A stretch of 32,000 nucleotides of DNA, from contig NZ_CP179200.1 of the NCBI RefSeq assembly GCF_051201565.1, forward strand, positions 210,001 to 242,000. The letters run 5' to 3'. The notes under the pieces were generated by a model. The model saw nothing but the letters and a program-made list of their open reading frames with translations. It was not told where the DNA came from and did not search any database. The translations under genes were made by a program, and so were the position numbers. Origin of the DNA: Pseudothioglobus sp. nBUS_23. Lineage in GTDB: Bacteria; Pseudomonadota; Gammaproteobacteria; PS1; Pseudothioglobaceae. Below are positions 22,901 to 30,703 of the stretch, piece after piece. Within the stretch, counting starts at the first letter, position 1; every line of letters starts with the position of its first letter.

Positions 22901-24418
22901 TTAATCAGCATCATTGTAGATCAATTCAGAGCTTTCGTTGGTGATATTGCCCTCTTTAGCCTGATCAGATCTTTCTGCTGCAAGGTTATCAAGGTATGGC
23001 TTATCGATATCATTAGTTAGATAATTCCCATCAAAGCATGAGCAATCAAATGTTTTAATTGCTGGGTTGCCTTGTTGAACACTCCAAATCAAATCATCAA
23101 GGTTTTGATAAATTAATTTATCTGAACCAATTGCCTCACAAACCTCTTCAGTAGTTTTTTCATGCGCTATGAATTCGTTTTTACTTGCCATATCAATACC
23201 ATAGACATTAGGATATCGAACGGGAGGTGCAGCTGAAGCGAAAAAGACCTTCTTTGCACCTGCAGATCTAGCCATTTGAACAATTTCTTTACTCGTTGTT
23301 CCGCGCACAATTGAGTCGTCAACAAGCAGTACATTTTTATCTTTGAACTCAAGTTCAATTGCACTTAGTTTTTGACGCACTGATTTTTTTCTTTGTTTTT
23401 GCCCTGGCATGATAAATGTTCTAGCGATATAGCGATTTTTAATGAAGCCTTCTCTATACTTCACATCTAAATGGTTAGCCAATTGAAGTGCTGCTGTTCG
23501 AGAAGTATCAGGAACGGGCATCACGACATCTATTTTTTCATTCGGCCATTTTGATTTAATTTTATCGGCAAGCTTTTCGCCCATTCTTAGTCGAGACTTA
23601 TAGACCGAGATGTTATCGATAATTGAGTCAGGCCTTGCAAAATAAACAAACTCAAAAATACAGGGCGATAGCCTTGAATTTGTGTAGCACTGGTGAGAGT
23701 GAACCTGCCCATTGCGGTCTATGACAACCGCTTCACCGGGGGCTATATCCCGTGTAATTTTATATCCAAGTGCTGTCAAAGCAACGCTTTCTGAGGTCAG
23801 CATGTATTTAGTTCCCTCACTGGTTGTCCTTTCTCCAAGTATGAGAGGACGTATGCCATTAGGGTCTCTAAAGCCAAATATTCCATAACCTGGAATCATT
23901 CCGATGGCCGCATAAGCTCCCTTGACTCTTAGGTGAAGTTTGGTTACAGCTTTAAAAATATCATTCTCATTAATTCTATGCTTCTGCTCTTCGGCAATTT
24001 CACTAGCCAATATATTGAGCAGTATTTCGGAATCTGAATTAGTATTGATATGTCGCAGATCTTGTTCGAAGATTTCTTGCGCAAGTGCATTGGCATTAGT
24101 CAAATTTCCATTGTGTGCAAATGCTATTCCGTAAGGTGAGTTAACGTAAAAGGGCTGAGCTTCAGCTTCAGAAGAGCTTCCTGCAGTCGGATAGCGAATG
24201 TGGCCGATACCCATATCACCTATGAGTTTTTCCATATGCTTGGTTCTAAATACGTTTCGTACTAGGCCATTACCCTTTCGCATGAAGAATCGACCTTTGC
24301 TAGCAGTCGTGATTCCTGCGGCATCTTGTCCACGATGCTGAATAATTGTAAGTGCATCATAAATGTATAGACCTACATCTTTTTTTGTTGTTGAGAGGAT
24401 TCCAATAATTCCGCACAT
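22901..24418 (-). CDS. purF: Amidophosphoribosyltransferase
   Basis: The 505-aa ORF has the N-terminal MCGIIGI (Ntn Cys1) and the PRTase motif VLLVDDSIVRGTT. Confidence 0.96.
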   Translation of the reverse strand: MCGIIGILSTTKKDVGLYIYDALTIIQHRGQDAAGITTASKGRFFMRKGNGLVRNVFRTKHMEKLIGDMGIGHIRYPTAGSSSEAEAQPFYVNSPYGIAFAHNGNLTNANALAQEIFEQDLRHINTNSDSEILLNILASEIAEEQKHRINENDIFKAVTKLHLRVKGAYAAIGMIPGYGIFGFRDPNGIRPLILGERTTSEGTKYMLTSESVALTALGYKITRDIAPGEAVVIDRNGQVHSHQCYTNSRLSPCIFEFVYFARPDSIIDNISVYKSRLRMGEKLADKIKSKWPNEKIDVVMPVPDTSRTAALQLANHLDVKYREGFIKNRYIARTFIMPGQKQRKKSVRQKLSAIELEFKDKNVLLVDDSIVRGTTSKEIVQMARSAGAKKVFFASAAPPVRYPNVYGIDMASKNEFIAHEKTTEEVCEAIGSDKLIYQNLDDLIWSVQQGNPAIKTFDCSCFDGNYLTNDIDKPYLDNLAAERSDQAKEGNITNESSELIYNDAD

Positions 24419-24421
24419 ATT

Positions 24422-25342
24422 TTATTCCTTTAAAATTTCGCTTTCTATAAACTCTACAACAACATCACCTGGCTCCAATTCAACAAATAGCAGATGTTTT
24501 GACAAGACTGGCTTGATGTCAACAGACCAGTCCTGAAATGTTCTTAGTGCGCCAGTAGTTTCTACCCAGGCATGATTTTGAGTAACCCAAGACATGCTTT
24601 GAAGAATAAGAACGGCAATTAAGACGAACGTACCTCCTTTGAATAGACCTAATATTGCGCCAAAAAATTTATTCTTAAGTCCAACAATATTTCTTGCATT
24701 GATGAGAACATCTAAAGTACTCAGAGCTCTTAATATACCCTCATAAGCAGGCGCCATTAATGAAGGATTTTCTGTATCAATCTTAATATTAAGAATCTTT
24801 GATAGCGCTAGAAGAGCAAGCGTCAATATTGCAAAGAGCACTATAAATGAGACAAAATTTCTAAGCGATTCATTTGCTATTAATGAATCAAATGTATTGA
24901 GATCTGAAATCATGCCTAAATAGTTAAAGCTGATGGTAGCTATTAAGAGGCTGATAACAATATTTGCAAATGGGCGGTTGAGTTCATTTGGGTTTTGATT
25001 GCTTGATGAGGCGCTCGCGATTCTATACAAGCCTTTTTTAACCAACCAAATACTCAGAAATATTCCACCAAATGATAGAGCATAAATCGACTGATTGTCT
25101 GAGCTAATCCAGGAGTTTAAAAAAGTTTTCGCGAAGGTTTCGTAATACAGCCAGGCTATGACTATTGCAAAAATAACAAAAATAAAGCTGATTACCTCTT
25201 TCGCAAGGCCCTGAACAAAGCCCCTAACAACAAATACGATGAGAATTATAAGGGTAACCCAATCTGACCAAGCCAGTAAACTGATAGCACTCCAAACGTT
25301 GTTAAAAAAATTGCTCATGAGCTCCCTGATAGATAGATTCAA
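24422..25342 (-). CDS. cvpA: CvpA-family membrane protein, enlarged (306 aa versus about 160 aa typical)
   Basis: The N-terminus WSDWVTLIILIVFVVRGFVQGLAKEV… and the distal GLKNKFFGAILGLFKGGTFVLIAVLIL… align with the two ends of E. coli CvpA (…LIRGFVREAL… and …[27 protein letters not shown]…). The conserved folC-cvpA-purF position supports the call. Confidence 0.75.
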   Translation of the reverse strand: MNLSIRELMSNFFNNVWSAISLLAWSDWVTLIILIVFVVRGFVQGLAKEVISFIFVIFAIVIAWLYYETFAKTFLNSWISSDNQSIYALSFGGIFLSIWLVKKGLYRIASASSSNQNPNELNRPFANIVISLLIATISFNYLGMISDLNTFDSLIANESLRNFVSFIVLFAILTLALLALSKILNIKIDTENPSLMAPAYEGILRALSTLDVLINARNIVGLKNKFFGAILGLFKGGTFVLIAVLILQSMSWVTQNHAWVETTGALRTFQDWSVDIKPVLSKHLLFVELEPGDVVVEFIESEILKE

Positions 25343-25393
25343 TTTTACAATAGTTTCAAGGGCTTTGTAGTTATCTACCCACTCTTATAGAAA

Positions 25394-26590
25394 TTAGATT
25401 TGATCAATAATAAGGGTTGCATCAGCAATCGTATAAAAAGAGCCAAAAATCACTACTCTCTCGATGTCTTTTAGTGCTAATGACTGCTTTATAGCGTCGT
25501 TCATATCATCGCAAATTGATGTTAAGTTTGGGTTGGAAAATTTATTTTTAAGCTCTCTTGATTCAATCGCTCTCTCTGACGACAAGGGAACCAGATACCA
25601 GTGCTGGATTGACTCTGAGGCCAGGTTGACCATATCAATAATATCCTTATCGATTAGTGCTGAAAAGATAGCGACTGTTTTCATAGGCGACTCTGCTAAG
25701 GTATCTACAAGTGTTTTTACCGCAGCTGGGTTGTGAGCTACATCAAGAATAATGAGCTTGTCCCCTATCATTTTTCTTTCAAAGCGCGCTTTTATAGTTG
25801 CTGTCTTGACGCCATCAGTAATCATTTGTTCTGAGACTGGAAACTTGTCAATGAGGCTTTCAATGGCCTTGATTGCAACTGCTGCATTGAGTCTTTGATG
25901 AGCACCTTCAAGCCCTATATCACTCGGGTAGCCTTCGGAAATGAAAGTAACTGGAGTCTTGATTTCTTTGGCATACGACAGCAGGCTTTTTGGTGGATTC
26001 TGGTCCCCGCAAATGCAAGGTCTAGACGTTCTCATAATGCCCGCCTTTTCCCTGCCAATGGCCTCACGCGTGTCACCAAGATAATCAGTATGGTCGATCG
26101 CAATATTAGTGATTACGCTGACGTCACTATCGACAACGTTGACAGAGTCGAGTCTTCCTCCTAGGCCAACCTCAAGTATTGCAAGGTCGACCTTGGCCTC
26201 TGCAAAGATGATTAATGCTGCTAGCGTTGAAAATTCAAAGTAGGTGAGGGTAACGTCGTTTCGTTCTGTTTCAATGAGTTCGAACGCGTTGATGATGACT
26301 TCGTCTGAAACATCAACCCCATCTATTGCGAAGCGCTCATTGTATTTCAATAGGTGAGGAGAGGTAGAGCGACCCACCTTAAATTCAGATTGGTAATAGA
26401 TGCTATCAATAAAGGAGACAGTAGAGCCTTTGCCATTGGTTCCAGCAACCGTAATTACGCTGTAAGGGACTCCATTTGGAAATAGTCTGTCATAGACGAT
26501 TTGGACACGGTCAAGGCCAAGAACGATTGTTTCTTCCATTAGGGCTTCTTGCCAATTGAGCCAATCGTCGAGAGTGTTTTTATCTTGCAT
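25394..26590 (-). CDS. folC: Bifunctional folylpolyglutamate synthase / dihydrofolate synthase
   Basis: The 398-aa ORF has the Mur-ligase P-loop VAGTNGKGST and the motifs TSPHL and ITNIAIDHTDYLG. Confidence 0.92.
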   Translation of the reverse strand: MQDKNTLDDWLNWQEALMEETIVLGLDRVQIVYDRLFPNGVPYSVITVAGTNGKGSTVSFIDSIYYQSEFKVGRSTSPHLLKYNERFAIDGVDVSDEVIINAFELIETERNDVTLTYFEFSTLAALIIFAEAKVDLAILEVGLGGRLDSVNVVDSDVSVITNIAIDHTDYLGDTREAIGREKAGIMRTSRPCICGDQNPPKSLLSYAKEIKTPVTFISEGYPSDIGLEGAHQRLNAAVAIKAIESLIDKFPVSEQMITDGVKTATIKARFERKMIGDKLIILDVAHNPAAVKTLVDTLAESPMKTVAIFSALIDKDIIDMVNLASESIQHWYLVPLSSERAIESRELKNKFSNPNLTSICDDMNDAIKQSLALKDIERVVIFGSFYTIADATLIIDQI

Positions 26591-26623
26591 GCTAGGAACT
26601 AGATTCTATTGAAGGTATTAAGC

Positions 26624-27076
26624 TTATTTGTCTTCCCAAAACTCACCTTCAATAGTTTCATCTTTTTTGTTTTTTGTTTCAGTTGAATCTGAGCGATGAA
26701 TAAATACTGAATTTCTTGACCTAAAGACTCTCTCTGCATTCTTTTCGAGGAAGTGATTGATAAAGTAATGCCTGCTCCATGGCATCAGTCCAAGAAGTCC
26801 AAGACCGTCTGTCAAAAAGCCGGGCGTGAGCAACAGGATTCCAGAAACCAAAATTACAACTCCCTCTAGCATTTCCATCGCAGGCGTTCTTCCTTCGGCC
26901 ATGCTTTGTTGCGCTTTTGCCATAGTAGACCAGCCCTGCTGTCTCAGAAGGCTTGATCCAATAAATGCAGTAATAATGACGAGGAGTACTGTCGATAGTC
27001 CGCCAATCGCTTGACCGACACTGACCAGTACGTAGATTTCAGCAAGAGTGACTACTACAAATATAGGAAATAACAT
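26624..27076 (-). CDS. fxsA: FxsA family cytoplasmic membrane protein
   Basis: The 150-aa ORF has the N-terminus …LAEIYVLVSVGQAIGGLSTVLLVIITAFIGSSLLRQQG and the motif LLLTPGFLTDGLG, both typical of FxsA (UPF0716). Confidence 0.85.
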   Translation of the reverse strand: MLFPIFVVVTLAEIYVLVSVGQAIGGLSTVLLVIITAFIGSSLLRQQGWSTMAKAQQSMAEGRTPAMEMLEGVVILVSGILLLTPGFLTDGLGLLGLMPWSRHYFINHFLEKNAERVFRSRNSVFIHRSDSTETKNKKDETIEGEFWEDK

Positions 27077-27772
27077 TTAACCCCCCTTTTTTTTTGTAAA
27101 GATAATATCCCAAACTCCGTGACCCAATTTTTGACCTCTATTTTCAAATTTTGTAAGCGGCCTATATTCAGGCCTTTCAGAATACATATGGTCTCCAGCG
27201 CGATTTTTAAAGTGCGGGTGAGATTCAAGCGTATCCATTATCTGCTCCGCATAGTCCTCCCAGTCGGTTGCGATGTGAACCATTCCGCTATCTTGTAGTT
27301 TTCTGGATAACAGATCTAAAAAACTCTTTTGTACAATTCTACGCTTATGGTGCCTCTTTTTGTGCCAAGGATCAGGAAAAAATAGTTGGAAATTGGAAAT
27401 GCTTTTGTTGGGTATATTGTTTTCAAGAACTTCGACCGCATCCTCCTTGATGACCCTAAGATTGCTAATACTTTTCTTGCTCGCCTCGTTGATCAGTCTG
27501 CCGACCCCAGCCTCATAAACCTCAATACCCAGAAAGTTTTGGTAAGGCTGTTCTATGGCCATCTCAAGAAGGCTGTCACCATTCCCAAAACCCACCTCCA
27601 GGGTAACATTATTCTGATTCGAAAAGATTTCTTCAAAGTCCAGCGTTGAACTAGCTATGTTAATCCCGTAATCACTCCATAGCTCATTGAGTCCCAGTGA
27701 TTGCCCTTTAGAAAGTCTTCCAGAGCGCTTAACAAAACTTTGAATTTTTCGATGATGTTTTGTATCTGTCAT
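27077..27772 (-). CDS. trmB: tRNA (guanine46-N7)-methyltransferase
   Basis: The 231-aa ORF has LEVGFGNGDSL (SAM site) and FPDPWHKKRHHKRR, the hallmark TrmB motif. Its stop abuts the fxsA start. Confidence 0.93.
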   Translation of the reverse strand: MTDTKHHRKIQSFVKRSGRLSKGQSLGLNELWSDYGINIASSTLDFEEIFSNQNNVTLEVGFGNGDSLLEMAIEQPYQNFLGIEVYEAGVGRLINEASKKSISNLRVIKEDAVEVLENNIPNKSISNFQLFFPDPWHKKRHHKRRIVQKSFLDLLSRKLQDSGMVHIATDWEDYAEQIMDTLESHPHFKNRAGDHMYSERPEYRPLTKFENRGQKLGHGVWDIIFTKKKGG

Positions 27773-28542
27773 ATTCGATAATCAATAGTCAAAGGGGAGT
27801 GATCTGAGAAGCGCTCATCCTTATAAATCTCGCAGGAATGCGCAGCTCCAGCAAGGTTTGCACTGACCACCTGATAATCCAGTCTCCAACCCGTATTGTT
27901 TAACCAAGCCTGCCCTCTATTTGACCACCAGGTGTACTGAAACTCTTCTTTATTAATTTCTCTGAACGAATCGATATACCCAACCTCGTCATAAAGTATA
28001 TCCAGCCATGCCCGCTCCTCTGGAAGAAAGCCTGAGTTCTTCTGGTTAGAACGCCAATTTTTTAAATCAATTTTTTTGTGGGCGATGTTCCAGTCTCCAC
28101 AAATGATATATTTCCTTCCATCTTTCTGCAGGTCTTTTAAGTGAGGTAGAAAACGTTCATAGATAAACTCCATTTTTAGGGCTTGCCTCTCCTCTTTTGA
28201 TGAGCCAGAGGGCAGATAGATTGAGAGCACGCTGAGATCTCCAAAGTCGGCCTGTATAATTCTACCCTCCGAATTCATATCATCCCAAGGACTGAAAGAA
28301 ATCTTATCAGGCTTAGATTTACAGTAGAGGCCTGTCCCGCTATAACCTTTTCGCTCAGCGCTATGATAAAAGGTATGCATATCATCGGGATAAAAGCGCT
28401 CATCAAGCTGGTCCTCTTGCGCCTTAATCTCTTGGAGGCAGACAACGTCAGCGTTTTGTTTTTTTAGCCAATTGAAGAAGCCTTTTCTTTCAGCCGCACG
28501 AATTCCATTGACATTAATTGTTATAATTCTCATTGCATTCAT
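27769..28542 (-). CDS. xthA: Exodeoxyribonuclease III (AP endonuclease)
   Basis: The 257-aa ORF has RIITINVNGIR, CLQE, GDWNIAH and SDHSPL, the EEP-fold catalytic motifs. Its stop overlaps the trmB start (ATGA). An alternative start lies at 28533. Confidence 0.92.
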   Translation of the reverse strand: MNAMRIITINVNGIRAAERKGFFNWLKKQNADVVCLQEIKAQEDQLDERFYPDDMHTFYHSAERKGYSGTGLYCKSKPDKISFSPWDDMNSEGRIIQADFGDLSVLSIYLPSGSSKEERQALKMEFIYERFLPHLKDLQKDGRKYIICGDWNIAHKKIDLKNWRSNQKNSGFLPEERAWLDILYDEVGYIDSFREINKEEFQYTWWSNRGQAWLNNTGWRLDYQVVSANLAGAAHSCEIYKDERFSDHSPLTIDYRI

Positions 28543-28564
28543 TTTAATTGTTTAGGAATATTTG

Positions 28565-29206
28565 ATGGAACAGTATCAGAAGGATTTTGTGGACTTCACA
28601 CTCGAAACCGGCGTATTAAAGTTTGGTGAGTTTACTTTAAAGTCTGGAAGGGTGAGCCCGTATTTTTTTAACGCAGGTCTCTTCAATACTGGGAGTCATC
28701 TATCCGAACTAGGAAAATTCTACGCCCATGCGATTGTGGCAAGTAGTCTCAAGTTTGATGTCTTGTTTGGCCCTGCCTACAAGGGTATACCATTAGCATC
28801 TGCTGCCTCTATCGCGCTGAATGACCAATTCAATCAAAGCGTACCTTACAGCTTTAACCGAAAAGAGGTGAAAGATCATGGCGAGGGTGGAAGCATCGTT
28901 GGGCATCCTTTAGAGGGAGACATCCTCATCATCGATGATGTCATTACAGCCGGTACTGCGATTCGAGAGGCCCAAGATATCATTAACAATTGCGGCGCTA
29001 AAGCCAAAGGGGTTATTGTGGCGCTTGACCGTCAAGAAAAAGGCACGGGGGAGCTCTCTGCCATACAAGAGGTTGAACAGATTTTTGGAATGACAGTATT
29101 GAGCATCATCAATCTGTCACACATCATAGATTATCTTAGATCAAGCAACGACTCAAAGGTCCTAAATGATATAGAGAGCTATAGGTCTCAGTACGGAATC
29201 AGCTAA
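28565..29206 (+). CDS. pyrE: Orotate phosphoribosyltransferase
   Basis: The roughly 213-aa ORF has [17 protein letters not shown] and the PRTase motif [14 protein letters not shown] prefer the ATG at 28565 (AGGA lies 8 nt upstream) to the track's TTG at 28562. Confidence 0.94.
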   Translation: MEQYQKDFVDFTLETGVLKFGEFTLKSGRVSPYFFNAGLFNTGSHLSELGKFYAHAIVASSLKFDVLFGPAYKGIPLASAASIALNDQFNQSVPYSFNRKEVKDHGEGGSIVGHPLEGDILIIDDVITAGTAIREAQDIINNCGAKAKGVIVALDRQEKGTGELSAIQEVEQIFGMTVLSIINLSHIIDYLRSSNDSKVLNDIESYRSQYGIS

Positions 29207-29211
29207 CCTAA

Positions 29212-29652
29212 TTAAGAGTCGACTGGTTCAACAATGAAGGTCGAAGATTCGACATTAATGATTTTAACTGCCTGCCCGATGCTTAGATTTTTCCCCTTGG
29301 CGAACCAAAGCGATTTCCCTATCTGAACCTTGATAATGCCATCCTCAATGGAGCTGACCTTGCACTCCTTTCCTATAAAGGTTTTGGCTTTCTCGTGCAG
29401 TTCATCGTCAACAGTTTTAACAGGATAGTAACGTTTCGCAAGACTGGTTGAAGTTAAAGATAGGGCAACGAAAATGAGAAGCTGTATTGGCCACGAAGTA
29501 TCTGGCATAAGGTAGAAAAATATACTAACTGTAATAGCAGAGGCTCCGATCCAGAGCAGAAAGACTGCCCACAAAAAAAGCTCAAGGATGATAAGCGAAA
29601 GCCCAAGAACGAGCCAGTGCATAAAGTTTAAATTTTCAAATAGCATTTCCAT
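29212..29652 (-). CDS. NfeD-family membrane protein (YbbJ-like: TM segments plus C-terminal OB-fold)
   Basis: The 146-aa ORF has three or four N-terminal TM helices followed by …GKECKVSSIEDGIIKVQIGKSLWFAKGKNLSIGQAVKIINVESSTFIVEPV, the NfeD C-terminal beta-barrel pattern. Confidence 0.7.
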   Translation of the reverse strand: MEMLFENLNFMHWLVLGLSLIILELFLWAVFLLWIGASAITVSIFFYLMPDTSWPIQLLIFVALSLTSTSLAKRYYPVKTVDDELHEKAKTFIGKECKVSSIEDGIIKVQIGKSLWFAKGKNLSIGQAVKIINVESSTFIVEPVDS

Positions 29653-29742
29653 GGCGATAATTTTATATTCTTTCTAATCAACCATTAAATTTTTCTTTAT
29701 TTTTTCTCGAGTTTGGTACATAATGCGATTTGGAGGCTTGAT

Positions 29743-30618
29743 ATGCACGAAAATAAAGACTTAATTGACCAGTTTCATAGGGATGGTTACCTCTTCTTTG
29801 AGAACGCCATTACCAGTGAACAACTCGCATCACTAAATTCTGAGCTATCCAAGTGGGTTGAGGAGAGCAAAAAACATAAAGAGCCCTTCGGCAGAATCAT
29901 GGACGGCAGACCTCGATTTGATCTTGAGCCAAAAACACACTCACCTGAAACACCTGCGGTTAGAAGAATAACTTCCCCAGCAGAGATTTCTGATATTTGC
30001 CTGGATGTTGTCAAAGACAATAATGCACTGGATTTAGTTTCTGAAATCTTTGGTCCAAATATCACTCATTTGGGAAACAAAATAAATCTCAAGTTACCTG
30101 GTGCTGGAACTGAAGTAAAGTTCCACCAAGACTTTCCTTTTGAGCCGCATTCAAATGAGGACATTATGACGGTGCTTTATTTTTTGGATGATGTGACTCT
30201 GGATAATGGGCCATTAGAGGTCGTCCCAGGGACACATAACGGGCCACTCCACTCTCATTGGCAGAATGGTATTTTTACAGGTGCAGTGGATGACAAAGTT
30301 ATGGAGTCGAACAAGAACAAAGCTATAAAGTGCACTGGAAAGGCGGGCTCTGCTTGCCTCATGCATTCAAAGTTACTGCATGGTTCAGCGCCGAATTTAT
30401 CGGCCCATTCAAGATCTCTCTTTATTGTGACCTATAAGGCTGAGGATGCAGTAGCTCTTTCACCAAACCATCTCCCTAGTGAGCTTGTTGGAATGGTTGT
30501 TAGAGGGAAAGAAACTGGAACTGTCAGGTGTACTAGTTACAGTATTGAGTTACCAGAGTACCCTAAAGAGGTCTCTTTCTTTGGCCAACAATCAAAAAGT
30601 AAAAACATGGCAATGTAA
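29743..30618 (+). CDS. Phytanoyl-CoA dioxygenase (PhyH) family Fe(II)/2-oxoglutarate dioxygenase
   Basis: The ORF has the N-terminal F..DGY…NAI…L pattern, the facial-triad H-x-D in KFHQDFPF, PLEVVPGTH and a distal His in LLHGSAPN. I prefer the ATG at 29743 (GGAGG at 29732-29736, 6 nt upstream) over the track's TTG at 29713. Confidence 0.8.
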   Translation: MHENKDLIDQFHRDGYLFFENAITSEQLASLNSELSKWVEESKKHKEPFGRIMDGRPRFDLEPKTHSPETPAVRRITSPAEISDICLDVVKDNNALDLVSEIFGPNITHLGNKINLKLPGAGTEVKFHQDFPFEPHSNEDIMTVLYFLDDVTLDNGPLEVVPGTHNGPLHSHWQNGIFTGAVDDKVMESNKNKAIKCTGKAGSACLMHSKLLHGSAPNLSAHSRSLFIVTYKAEDAVALSPNHLPSELVGMVVRGKETGTVRCTSYSIELPEYPKEVSFFGQQSKSKNMAM

Positions 30619-30703
30619 AGCCAATCTTAACTTTTAGTACTTTATACATGAAGGGGATACAATCGACTTAATCAAAAAAATTTCTATAGTCGGCGACGAG
30701 CTG

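Noticed and set aside
29653-29742. Searched upstream of the dioxygenase/HD cluster for a Pho box (CTGTCAT-type direct repeats) that would support phosphate-starvation control
   Set aside because: Only T-rich imperfect repeats are present (TTCTTTCTAAT and TTCTTTATTTT, about 22 nt apart). Nothing resembles the enterobacterial Pho box. Absence is uninformative because the lineage-specific PhoB site is unknown.
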